The notes beneath the pieces are model-generated. The model did not search any database. It had not been told where the DNA came from and saw only the letters and a list, made by a program, of their open reading frames with translations. A program made the translations under genes and the position numbers. A stretch of DNA of 64,000 bases from Botryllus schlosseri (Eukaryota), in the NCBI GenBank assembly GCA_051294905.1, contig CM119371.1:37698001-37762000 (forward strand). The letters are read 5' to 3'. Below are positions 13,201-24,124 of this stretch, one piece after another; position 1 is the first letter of the stretch; every line of letters starts with the position of its first letter.

Positions 13201-14589
13201 CGTAGATTTTCGAAGAAGCCACTTGCTCATACAAGCACCAATACCATTGATCAAATGCATTCATTTATTCAAAAATTTTTCGCAACTCGCGCGACTCGAA
13301 GCCACATGCACGCTGATTTTTTATAACATTCGTATCACCGATTCAGGCTCGCCCGTGAGTTGGTCGCCTAATACCAGATATAGTTCGAATCTGATAGAAT
13401 GTGTGCGTCTCTGAATTGTATGTACAATGGGTAGTGCAGGGTAGGATTGACGGATCTGTGGCGCGTACCCATGGGGGGAGTTCCCCCAAACTCATAAAAA
13501 ATTTCAGGAATCCGGCCCGCCTTATCTTCATTTCCCCCTATCCCGCCCGCCGGGTGGAGAAGTTGCCCACCCCTGTTCTAATCGCGGGATTGATCAATCC
13601 ACCGATTGGTCGTAAATAAATATTTATTAACTTTGATTTTCAGCCTAAAGCCCAAGTTATTCATTCAACTTTCATGAACTCTTAAAGGATCACAAACCCT
13701 AATTTAGGAATTCTGCGGTGGCTTATTACAAATTCATATCAATTATTTTGATATTTTTATCAAAAATTTTTACCAAAATATGTATTTTCATAAAGCCTTG
13801 TATTTGGTATTTTCCAAATTTTATTTCTGGCAATTTTGGCATTTGGTTTTGGAAATCCCAAAAATAACCAAACCTGGTAGTTATTCTATCGTATCTTTGG
13901 CTTGCTGGTCGGTCCGCGATATCCACTGTTACGCTGATACATATGGCGAATTATCGTAATTCATTTAAAAACTGGCACCTTGGGAGACAAGTGCAGTTGA
14001 TGTGTGAACTCGGGTGAATCAAAATCGGTGAATGAATGCTGCGACAAATTTCTTGCACTCCAATTCGTTGACAATTCACGGATCCGATTTCTTCAGGACC
14101 CGTTAGCCGAATGTACTCGAGTGAGAAATGATAATTGTTACTACTGTTTATCCGAAACTAGCGAGACATGGAACGCCGCTGACGTCGCATGTAAAGCAAA
14201 AATATCCGGAGGCAGACTCGCCGTCACCGGTCTCAACGTAGATTCGACTGCCAGAAAGTGAGATCGTTTTCTTGGTATTTTCGCTAAACTTGATAAACAT
14301 CGTTTATCTGGGATGTTTCAGAGCTCTGATTGACGCAATACCAGCTACAGGAGTTACTTTCTGGGTCGGAGTGGAAGGCGTAGTCACCACTGGTACTACC
14401 AGCAGCGAGGCGTTCATTGCCCCGTTGGACGGAATCTCAGTGACAACCGCTGGCACCCCCGGATTCACTGCTTCCGGAACGGGAGACATCGCTGCGGCCT
14501 GCGGCCGCGTGGAGGCTACCAATACCGATGCCATTGTATTAGAAGAATGTGATTCGGCTCGCCGCTACCTGTGCGAAGTTTGCCCTTGA
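1216..14589 (+). CDS. Secreted atypical C-type lectin domain protein, copy A (6 exons, 243 aa predicted)
   Basis: Exons 1216-1273, 1332-1360, 1470-1614, 11269-11339, 14097-14257, 14322-14589 have GT-AG boundaries and phases 1,0,1,0,2. They join to a 732-nt open frame: MKIAFICLVIYAYIVNA (signal-like)...YYGPAYRQRQPTYRPQP...QTTVASTTTTM...CYYCLSETSETWNAADVACKAKISGGRLAV...TFWVG...CGRV...EECDSARRYLCEVCP. The CY/W..A...C/G.LA/FWVG/C..C..Y.CE pattern matches a CTLD. Exon structure is identical in the paralog at 44185. Confidence 0.8.
1740..3745. mobile_element. Non-autonomous hAT (Buster/Charlie-like) DNA transposon
   Basis: TIR CAGTGCTTTTCAACCT / AGGTTGAAAAGCACTG, perfect 8-bp TSD GTATAGTC (1732-1739, 3746-3753), subterminal GTGCGAATG repeats. 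Confidence 0.9.
2285..2571 (-). mobile_element. tRNA-derived SINE (tRNA-Cys-like head)
   Basis: Reverse complement starts GGCGTGGCGAGAGAGCGCAGTGGTATAATCCGCGTCTGCAACACC...GTTCGAGTCC, then about 200 nt of body shared with 3790-4000 and 61560-61750. Confidence 0.75.
4577..4991. mobile_element. hAT-like MITE with CGATA subterminal repeats
   Basis: Ends TAGAGCCC / GGGCTCTA with clustered CGATA/TATCG motifs near both ends. The TSD is degenerate. Confidence 0.5.
5040..5800 (-). mobile_element. Possible degenerate LINE endonuclease fragment
   Basis: Interrupted minus frames contain YNPP and DMNFH, reminiscent of APE-domain YRPP and GDFN motifs. The match is weak. Confidence 0.25.
9250..10181. mobile_element. 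hAT MITE with GTGAAC subterminal repeats
   Basis: TIR GGGATGGTGTGAAC / GTTCACACCATCCC, TSD GTAGAAAT / GTAGATAT. Confidence 0.8.
10218..10762. mobile_element. MITE family TAGGGTTGCATT, nested in an older copy spanning about 8989-11025
   Basis: Ends TAGGGTTGCATT / AATGTCACCCTA with TGTTT(T)AAAACA repeats. Relatives lie at 12017-12369, about 17013-17744 and about 40681-41253. Confidence 0.7.
11700..11885 (+). mobile_element. Possible degenerate LINE reverse-transcriptase fragment
   Basis: Reads ...FTIQQIIRK...FD, resembling the RTE-type motif STxDxIFTxRQIxEK...FID. Confidence 0.3.
12017..12369. mobile_element. MITE (TAGGGTTGCATTT TIR)
   Basis: TAGGGTTGCATTT / AAATGCAACCCTA inverted ends; internally homologous to 10218-10762. 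Confidence 0.75.
12716..13575. mobile_element. hAT (Charlie-like) MITE
   Basis: TIR CAGGGGCGGGCAAC / GTTGCCCACCCCTG, perfect TSD TTCTAATC, CGGCCCGC subterminal repeats. Confidence 0.9.
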
Positions 14590-14995
14590 AGAGCGTCGCT
14601 CACACGAACCCGGTGCGATGACAAAGACCTGCCGGATATCACCCACCTGCAGACAGTCATTTGAATTACTTTTTAAAAGCCCGTGACATGGACGTTTTGA
14701 CATATATAAAACATAAAACACGTAACTTCTTGTGACCGGATCCGTTATCATGAAATATAGAGCCCAGCAATACGATCTTTATCCCCTCCTCTCCCAATAT
14801 TCGCGTGACTGAAGTTTGGTAATTACCAGACGTGATACACCCTCGCTTTGACGTTCAAAACATTTTTGGGTATTTCCAAGTACGATTACAAGTCCCTTTC
14901 TCCAAATTCCCAGAACCCGGATCTGGTCGCCAATAGGGGTAACACCGTTTTTCGTCATGGATGATTGATTTTAGCGCCACTGAATTGTTCGAAAA

Positions 14996-16500
14996 TCAAT
15001 GCGGGGTGACGTCATACGACGCTTCTCGTAAATGACATTCGTGATGAATTTTCATATCTTTCGAAATTAATGATTCATATTTTTGATGACAAAGCATCTT
15101 TCGAAAGAGTTGTTTATTCATTATAAAAATATATCCAACAATGATGCGAGGTTCTTCGTCAGTGCGTCAGTTGATTAGAAGCCAGAAGTTGAATTTTAAT
15201 TTTGAGGCGAAGTTACATATATTCGGCAAATTAGCTCGCGGGATTGTTTCCAAGTTCATACGCCAGCTTCGCGTGTTTCCATGTTTTGATTCATGACATG
15301 ATGCGCCACAACAGCTCCTGTATGCAGTACACAGTTGCGCGCATACCAATCGGACCAGCATTCTATAATTTAGAAATCTTCAGCTGTTTTTACCTAGAGA
15401 ATACTAGACTCAGATCTCGAGACTCGGGACTCACGTCGACCGGACTCCCATTTCTGGGGATTTTGGAACCCCTGGTACTGATCAGAATGATTTGGTTGAT
15501 GTCGTTATTATGCCTATGGTTGGCACGATAGTTTCCAGTAATGATATTGTTTCATGTTAAGTCACACATTTACGCTTTCCATGTACTCCATGTTGTTTTG
15601 AAATTGTAATTAGTTGCATTCGAATATTCAACTCGTTGACTGATACTCAATTCGAATTGGATTCACCAGAGCACTCGATTAACCAATCCCTAAATCAGTG
15701 TCAAAATCACAGATGATAGACTGACTCCGGCCTAGCGACAGGAACAGATTCAGCGAGGTAGATGTTGGATTATATCAGGTTTCGATCCAACTTACAGAAT
15801 TCTGGGAAACTCGGATAGTGATGACGTCACGTGTCGAGGAAGCATTTGCGAAATTTTCCCTTAAACTGCTGCGCTGTTTCGTTATACTGTGTGTGTAAAC
15901 CATATCCGTATTTGCCCTAGCAATAAGTCAAAATAGACGGATTGCAAAGAGGTGATGCGTTTATTTGGATATAGATCAAGGGTTCCCAACCTTTTTCGAC
16001 TCATCGTCTCCTTATTAATCTCGACACGAATCTTCGCCCCTCGATATTTACGGATCCGGAAAAGACCAGATGTAAACGGGAATTTTATTCACCTAACTCC
16101 TATCGCTGGTGAAGTGGCTAAAATAGGGATATTTTCCGTGTAGGTGCTCGGAAAATCGGTTTCCGCATCTACTTTCGTTTGTTATGACCTCTTTTTTCGC
16201 GTTATATGCAGAATAATCCGCCTGCACGTGCAATGTGGCCGTGATATTTTTATATATCTCACTTACATTTTCACCCCCATATCGCGCCCCTGTCGCTCCC
16301 TTTGGTATTTTCGCCCCTCGTCCCTAGCTATCGCTCACAGGGGGGCGGGGGGATATCGCTCATGTTGGGAACCACTCATCTAGATCTAATGATGAGGCGA
16401 CAATTATAAAGCCCAGGTTAAAGTTACATTTTAGGAAAAGTACGTGGAGGTAATGCTTAGTGTTGTTCTGTTCATTTCCGATACTATTTGGACACATCAA
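14996..16500 (-). pseudogene. Decayed minus-strand coding-like unit, convergent with lectin A; possibly a 7TM receptor remnant
   Basis: Minus frame ...FNFWLLIN*RTDEEPRIIVGYIFIMNKQLFRKMLCHQKYESLISKDMKIHHECHLREASYDVTPH*. About 100 open codons (16499-15796) appear once MITE 15977-16377 and one TSD are removed, ending at a GTAAG donor. Paralogous frames are present at 41232-42130. Confidence 0.4.
15977..16377. mobile_element. hAT MITE (GGTTCCCAAC family)
   Basis: CAAGGGTTCCCAAC / GTTGGGAACCACTC, TSD ATATAGAT / ATCTAGAT. The paralogous site near 30460 is empty. Confidence 0.8.
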
Positions 16501-17869
16501 GTCACCTTTACAGTAATGACGTCATTATTGTTGATGCACGACTCGGAGCCTGTTACTCGGCGAATAATCCAGACACTCAGGCACTCGATTTAGCCAAGCC
16601 CCTGAAATTAGAGGTGATTGTGAATTACGGTATTGCACCGAATCATTACCAAATTAACGCCAATTGCTCGCATTTTCAAGGTTCGGCCATCGGAGGGAGT
16701 TTATGGTAGCTCCGAAGCTGACACCACAATCATACAATTTTTGAGACGTTCATCTTTGCGAGGTGGTGATTTGAGGGCGCCGCCTTTCTTTATAAATTTT
16801 TTATCTCTTTGCACGTTAATAGGAGTCACATATTTTGTGGTCAAAGTCAGTACAGGCAGTTACAAATATACAAATATACACCGACTCATGATATACATAT
16901 ACACGATCTGTGCATACTGCAAAAGCATACCATGAATGCATGATGTGCATATGCCGCTGGACATGAATTATTTGTATATGTATATTTTAATTTTATTTAG
17001 CCCTCATGTACGTAGGGTTAAAGCTAAAAGAAATTGTGTTTTAAAACACATCGTTTGAAACATATTTCAAACATTGGCTTCAAAAATTGCAGTTACAAAA
17101 ATCGTGTGTTTTTTCGAAAGTTATATGATTATGCGATAACTATGTACTGTACATACTTTCGACAAAACATGTAGCATGGGCCTACGGTAGATTTTTACCC
17201 CATATATTCGACGTAGGCTTATGCGGTATGGAATGGAACGGTATGGTGTTTTAAAACACTTTCCTCTTAATTTGTTAGGCATTATTATGCAATATATGTG
17301 TAAATAATTTCGTAAAATCATGTAGAATGAGCCCAGGGACGATTTGCACTATATATAGTCGACCCATACGAAAGTAATAATTGGAGCCCTCGAAATCGTC
17401 GTAGGTGCAATAGTTATACCACGTATATGTAGATGTATGTATGTATGTATGTAAGTTTTGGTGATGATGATCGCCTTTCGTAAAATGGTGCATATGCGGT
17501 GTAGTCGTGATTAGAGATATTTATGGGCCGTTTGGGACAGGGATCGGGAGGCTTTTTCGTCAAAGGAGCCGTATTTACCATATGATTTCAAGTGTCAATA
17601 TCAATTCACTGTGAGTCCACAATTGAAGATTCACGCCGTCTTGGCCAAAAAAGCAAAAAAAAAACTATATTAAAATGTTTCAAACAAGGGCCATGTTTTG
17701 AACATGTTTGTTCTAAAGTGCTTTTTGCTTTAAATGCAACCCTACTTGTAGGTTTTTCTAAATCTTGCACCACGGCTCCACGCTATCCCGGAAATGCTAG
17801 GAGCCAAGCGGAGAAGGATGCCAGTAGTAACGACTAGGTCTACCACTAGGCTATCTTATTGGACTAGGT

Positions 17870-19396
17870 CAGTGGTTCCCAACCTTTTTCATCTCGTACC
17901 TCCCTTGGCCGAAATTTATGCCATAATTCCCCCTTAAAATAAATCTGCCCAATGATTAAAAAAGGTCATTTTTACCACGCAAACACCTGTTGACTGAAAG
18001 AATGAGACGGGCGGTACCGAGTGTTTGTTTCTAGCAGTGTTGTAAAAACACTTTGTAGACCTCCAAAAACAATGGTCTTGGTCCCAATTAAACAAATTCT
18101 GGAAGGCTTGACTCAACAAACCCCCACACTTCCATTAGTGTTTTCGCCTTACCATGCACCAATCGCTAATATAACTGTTGCTAAAAATCACTACGCATAA
18201 ATTTACTGGTCTTGCGATTTTTTTCTCAAGTTTGCGTATGCATTTGGCCAATATTATTGATACTTTCATTTAGAGGAGGGTTGACCAGACTAGAGTCTGA
18301 CTCGAGTCACCATTTTCTGATGACTCGACTCGAGTCATTTTCTCAAAATACGGAAGCGACTCGACTCGACTCGAGACAATCTGGGTATTGACTCGACTTG
18401 GACTCGAGTCATTGTTCATGACTCGAACCAAGCCATATGATTTGAGACTATAAGACGGCCAAGACCGACATTTCATTGTAATTTCGAAGAACAGTAAAGT
18501 GACCAGTGTGACCACCCTATTGGAATTTCGTCTAATTATCCTGATATTTGACAATGGGACAAGAAACTGCTCAAAGTGAGGAAAATTAGTATAACATAAA
18601 TCAAAATCATTCAATATCACCAAACAGTGTTGACTGGAGTGTGACTTGGACTCGGACTCGAGACATAATACACTGACTCGGACTCGACCCTCTGCTCGGT
18701 GACTTGGACTCGGACCTGACTCAATGGTGAATTGAAAATGACTCGACTTGACTCGAGTAAAAAGTATGAAAGTGAGATTGACTTGTGACTCGGAGCCTCG
18801 TGATTTAGTTACAGCCTTGATATATAACATACACGTGATCAGATACCCTGCTGGAGCTCATTGAAATTTAGGACACCCATTACGTTTCGGCAACATTGCA
18901 CCAAGTTTAACATGTATTTTTTCGATCGGGTAGCTGTTCACTAAAAATAAAGCAAGACTAGCGATCTCTTTGACTTGAATCGATGAATATTTTGTTGGAA
19001 TATTTTGTCACTGTCTGAAAATATAAGATAAATACTTTCACTAGAGGCCCTGTTGTGATAGATACGGCACGACATTTGCTCGCCTAGGATATATTTGATT
19101 GAGAGGCCGTCGCTGGCCTACAAAATTGTCTTGCGAACTGCAGCACATCTGAACTAATTTTAAAAAATGGGGGGGGGGGGAATTTGTATGTGAAAAAGAG
19201 ATTTCAAATAGCATTTGAACATACTTTCAGCAAACAAAAAAAAACCATAAGAAGCATACGTTCGGATATAACTGGTTGACTATATGACAGTTCGGACATG
19301 AACAATTTAGGAAATCCAAATCTAAAGTGGAATTCCTCCCTAAAAATTGCAAAATTCCCCCCAAGGGGGGAATTCCTCCCCGGTTGGGAACCACTG
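17870..19396. mobile_element. hAT MITE containing a nested GAGTC-repeat element (about 18277-18819)
   Basis: TIR CAGTGGTTCCCAACC / GGTTGGGAACCACTG, perfect TSD GACTAGGT. Confidence 0.9.
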
Positions 19397-19459
19397 GACT
19401 AGGTGATATCGTACACATATTCCTGACAAATGAATGGTTTCATGATATATTTATTTCAG

Positions 19460-19872
19460 TGTTATGCATATGTCGGCCCAAACTACAGTTGCTTCAACAA
19501 GCACCACAATGGCAATGACTGCAGTATCGACACTCAGTGAGACTGTATTAGTATGTTTTTTTCAATGTCGCCAAGAAAAATGCATTGAACTGTTGAAATT
19601 GCTATTGTGCCATTGTCGTGGAGCACAAAACCTCATGAGGCTATAAGCACCACTGTCGAATCTTATCAATACAATAACTGTCCCATTTCCTCAGAACCCG
19701 TTAGCCGGCTACACCCAAGCTGACGATAACATTTGCTGCTGCCTACTGTCCTTAGATACTCTGAAGTGGGACGAGTCCAAGGCCTAATGCGAAGAAACCG
19801 AAGGCGCTAGACTCGCAGTCATCGGTTTCAATGCGTCTACCGCCGAGAGAGAGAGAGAGAGAGAGAGAGGGA
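19460..19872 (+). pseudogene. Leaderless lectin pseudo-exons 4 and 5 (copy B1, paralog of copy C)
   Basis: Exon 4 homolog 19460-19536 has a 2-nt insertion (tgcATatgtcg) causing a frameshift and stop. Exon 5 homolog 19695-19872 has an in-frame TAA at 19785-19787 (AAA in copy C) and a (GA)12 expansion. No exon 6 found. Confidence 0.8.
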
Positions 19873-20007
19873 GTGAGATTGATTTCCTTGCATTTTCCCC
19901 TTGCGTGATTTTCCCCGAATTACTGAATCGCATATAACAAATGGAAGGAGTAATTTCAACAAAATGATCATGCCACTTCACGTGGGAGTAAAAATGAAGG
20001 TCTGGAG

Positions 20008-21263
20008 TAGGGTTGCCATACGTCCGGAATTTTCCGGACATTTCCGGAATTTCACTGTTAGAACTGCGTCCGGGAGGAATTTCTAAAATATGCCAAGACT
20101 ATTTTTGGGCAGATATTTTCTACTTGAAATTGTTCTTCGCGCTGCGCGTGATTTAGTATCATATATATTGGTTTTAATATGGGGACTACCGCCCTCGCAA
20201 AAACTGCGACCAAAAAATAAAAAACAACAACATTCATTTCCAAAAACAAGTTTCAGTTCATTTTATAGCGAGCTCACGGTCCCCGTGTAATATGTTGTAG
20301 CCATTTTTTCCATATTAAATATCCTTACACAATCGAGAAAGTAACCTACAGGTTTCTGAATACGGCAACCGCATACGTAACAAAGGCAGTTACCACCAAA
20401 AGTCTGGCGACACCCAGTGGTTTGATGGACCCTATTGTAATCGCAATTACAAGATAACGGTATTCATAGAGTCGTAGTTTTAGGTCGTTTGGATGCTTTA
20501 TTCAAAGATGGTGTTTCTAAACCTGGGGGTAATTCGCCTTTATTCTGGGGTTCGCGAAGATGTTGAACGTAATTAGCTTCCAAAATAGGCTGTGAGTAAA
20601 TCTGGGCAAATGTGCCGACCTTTAATTACTAATCAGCTCATCAAATTTTGAGCTGGGCCACGGCACATTTTGAAATTGGAAATGGATTCGCGACCATAAA
20701 AGGTTGGAAAGCACCGGATGTGTGGTGTTTATATAGCTCAGTGGTGAAGTGCACACCCGCATTAGGCTGATAAATGATCTTATCGGCGTAACATTGAACA
20801 TGACTTAACGATGTACAATTGCGCCTCTTGCATTTTCGAAGCCATCATCCTGCACCAGCTCTATTCTACCGCTGACTCTGATTATGTGGGCGGAGAGAGG
20901 ATTAAAATTGTACAGTAATATATGGAAGAACCAATATTATTGACAAAATTCATTCAAATCATTTAACGACCAGATGTATTTAGTAAATCCCCAGAAGTTG
21001 CATCGAATACCCTACGATTGGCCCAAGATCAGTGTTTATTTGGTCGGGATGGGGCTGAAAATATGTGGTTTTGGCCCAGCTTACAGCATACAATACACAA
21101 CCATATACACCTGAACCGGATCACGACCACCTCGAGTCGATAGACAAAGCGTTGCTGGTGTGACGTCATATTGATCGACAAAGCGCTCCCACCTCATTTT
21201 GAAATCCGCTAGTAGGCGCTGAAGAGCGTCTGGAATTTATGAAACTACAATATGGTAACCCTA
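20008..21263. mobile_element. hAT MITE (TAGGGTTGCCATA family, TCCGGA repeats)
   Basis: TAGGGTTGCCATA / TATGGTAACCCTA, TSD GTCTGGAG / GTCTGTAG. Partial copies start at about 22915 and 50259. Confidence 0.85.
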
Positions 21264-21909
21264 GTCTGTAGTAGACCCAAGAAAGTAGTTTCTAAAAAGT
21301 AAATCTGGTCACCAAGTCACAAGGCTCCGAGTCACAAGTCAATCTCACTTTTACAGTCTTTACTCGAGGCAAGTCGAGTCATGTTCAATTCACCACCGAG
21401 TTGAGTCCGAGTCGAAGTCATCGAGCCGAGGGTCGAGTTCGAGTCATGGTATTATGACCCGAGTCCAAGTCATGGTGTTGATTGCTCACAGGTAATGTCT
21501 TGTTAAACCCACTTCTTATAACTCTGTTTGGTGACATATAATGGTTTTCATTTATAATATACTAATTTTCCTCACGGTTAGCAGTTTTTGGTTTCATTGT
21601 GAAGTATCAGTACCAATCGACGAAATCCCAGTAGTGTGGTTACTTCGCTATTCTTCGAAATATTAGTGAAATATCGGTTTCGAGTCTCGAGTCATGCGCA
21701 TTGACTCGAGTCCAAGGCGATTCATTTCCGTATTTTGAGAAAATGACACGAGTCAAGTCGAGTCATCAGAAAATTGTGACGCGAGTCGTAAAGAGCCAGT
21801 AAAGAAATACCAATCCGAAATCGTGTGATCTTTCAGTTTAGTACGTTTGGGCGATTCTATAATTTTTGATATAACAGACAGGAGGTCACGAAATAACATC
21901 ATGTAACGA

Positions 21910-22358
21910 TAGGCTTACCATATTTTGGAAATCAAAAAAGAGGACACTTTTTCAGAAATTTGCAACTGGCAAAAATGGAGGAAAATTCTCAAAAACCGGT
22001 TAATTTTTCCCACTTTGTGATCGGTTGACTAAAAAAAAAAAAGGTAATCACTTCTGCTCAGAGCTCAAAATAACGTTTTTCACTCCACATTGCCAGGTGG
22101 ATGACTGAAAAAAAAAAAAAGGTCATATTTTCGCTCAGAGCTAAAATCACCGTTTTTCACTCCGAAATACCCGCCGGACCGTCACTTCTGTGCTAATTTG
22201 CGGCATATCACTCGCAATTTGCTCTAAATCTGACCTGAATTTTCAAAAAAGAGGACAAAATCTCAAAAAAGAGGACGAAAGGGCGTCTTCCGAGGACACT
22301 TTCAAAAAAGTCAAAAAAGAGGACAAATCCTCTTAAAAGAGGACGTATGGTAAGCCTA
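21910..22358. mobile_element. hAT MITE with AGAGGAC repeats
   Basis: TAGGCTTACCATA / TATGGTAAGCCTA, perfect TSD TGTAACGA. The empty site is visible in the homolog near 46930. Confidence 0.9.
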
Positions 22359-24124
22359 TGTAACGAAGTCATACCAACGGGTCCACCCGCCCGAAGATGT
22401 CCAATTATTATTTACGTGCTCTGCAGTTTCAAAGACACCTCACTCAGCTCTACCGGTAAATCTGATTATACGTGAGCAGAGAGGACAAGGAATTGATAGC
22501 AAAAAATATGCATTTCCCGATCTTATTGACCGATTTTATCATGAATTAGCGAAAATTTTCGCGCTGGCTCATTGAACAGTACAACTATAATTTCGTGGCA
22601 AAAGCGAACAATGTAATAAGGGGTGGGGTAGTTTATAACCCTATGGGGGAGGGAGCTAACGAAGTGCTGTTTCGTTCCTGCCAACGGGTATATACACTGG
22701 TGAGATGTTAAATTATTATGGAGGGGTCCTACCTTTTCAAACACACCTCCCTCAGCTCTACCGGTAAATCAGATTACGTGAGCAGAGAGAGGATAAAAAT
22801 TGATAGCGATATATACGCAATTCCAGATCATATTGACCGATTCAGGCATGAATTAGAAATATTTCTCGCGCCTCGCGCGTTTAGGCGAGAAAAGGTGAAT
22901 CAGTAAACATAGACTAGGGTTGCCATATGTCCGGAATTTCCCGGACATGTCCGGAATTTCATCATTAAAACTGCGTCCGGGAGGAATTTCTGAAATATGA
23001 ATAAATGTCCGGAATTTTGAAGGCTTGAAGTAAGCTCGTAATTTTTGGTCTTTCACCCTAAACAATACTATTAATGGGCCGATTTATGCTACATGAAAAT
23101 TTTCTTCGCGCTACGCGCGATTTAGGAACTCGAGTTTTGGTTTTGATATGGAGACTACTACTCTCGCAAAAACTGCAGCAATAAGATAAATATAACATTC
23201 GTTTTTAAAAATAACTCTAATTCCAATCACAATTACAAAATAGCGGTATATTCATAGAAACGGTTTAGGCCGTTTGGATGCTTATTCAAAGATGGTGGTT
23301 CTAAACCTGGGGATAGTTTGCCTTCATAAAATTATACGGTAATATATGGAAGAACCAGTATTATTGACATAATTCGATCAAATCATTTAACGACCAGATG
23401 CATATAGTAAGTCCCCAGAAGTTGCATCGATTACCCTACGGTGGGCCCAAGATCATTGTTTATTGGAGCGAGAGGGGCTGAGAAAATGTGGCTTCGGCCC
23501 TGGTCAAAACTCACAACACACAACCAGATACTCCCCAGAAGTTCGGCTTATCACCATATAGGGGGCCTGGTTGCACACTGTTGTGAAGGCCTGCGCAGTG
23601 AGTTGGCATGTTTGCACAGACTCGAGAAATATTAGAGGGAACATTGGTCAAGAGCTTCCTAAAGGTACCGAACATGAATTGAATTAAACAGTATATTCAT
23701 ATTAAAATGGACCCGAATATTTTCGGCTGACACTCGTCAGGGGTGATCGTCGGCAACTACTAGAGAATTGGAGAGCACATTGTATATTACCAGCAGAGGT
23801 CAGAACACCGATGTATCCTGGGGAGGAAGAGGGTGATAGAAGCTCATAAACTCAAAATCTTGAACCTTATGACAACTATTGGCTGCTGATAATTGCTTGT
23901 TATTATCAGTCCAATATAATAGATTTTCCGAGTGGAAGTTATTTACTGGAATGCATCAGACGGATCAAATCCGCCAGATTCGAAACGAATATGGTACAGA
24001 GTGACAACAACAAAACTGTCAAGTTCTTATCCATTATCAAAATTCCCTGTATCCACTATTGCACTCCTTTAAATCTTGGATTGTACTATGATTGTACTAT
24101 AGAACTTAAACATGGAACGGCAAC

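Noticed and set aside
15035..15124. SECIS element
   Set aside because: The lectin ORFs have no internal in-frame TGA, and the ATGA/AA/GA spacing could not be convincingly fitted by eye.
18270..18830. 186-aa ORF
   Set aside because: It lies wholly in a GAGTC-repeat MITE, has low complexity, and is not conserved as a frame in other copies.
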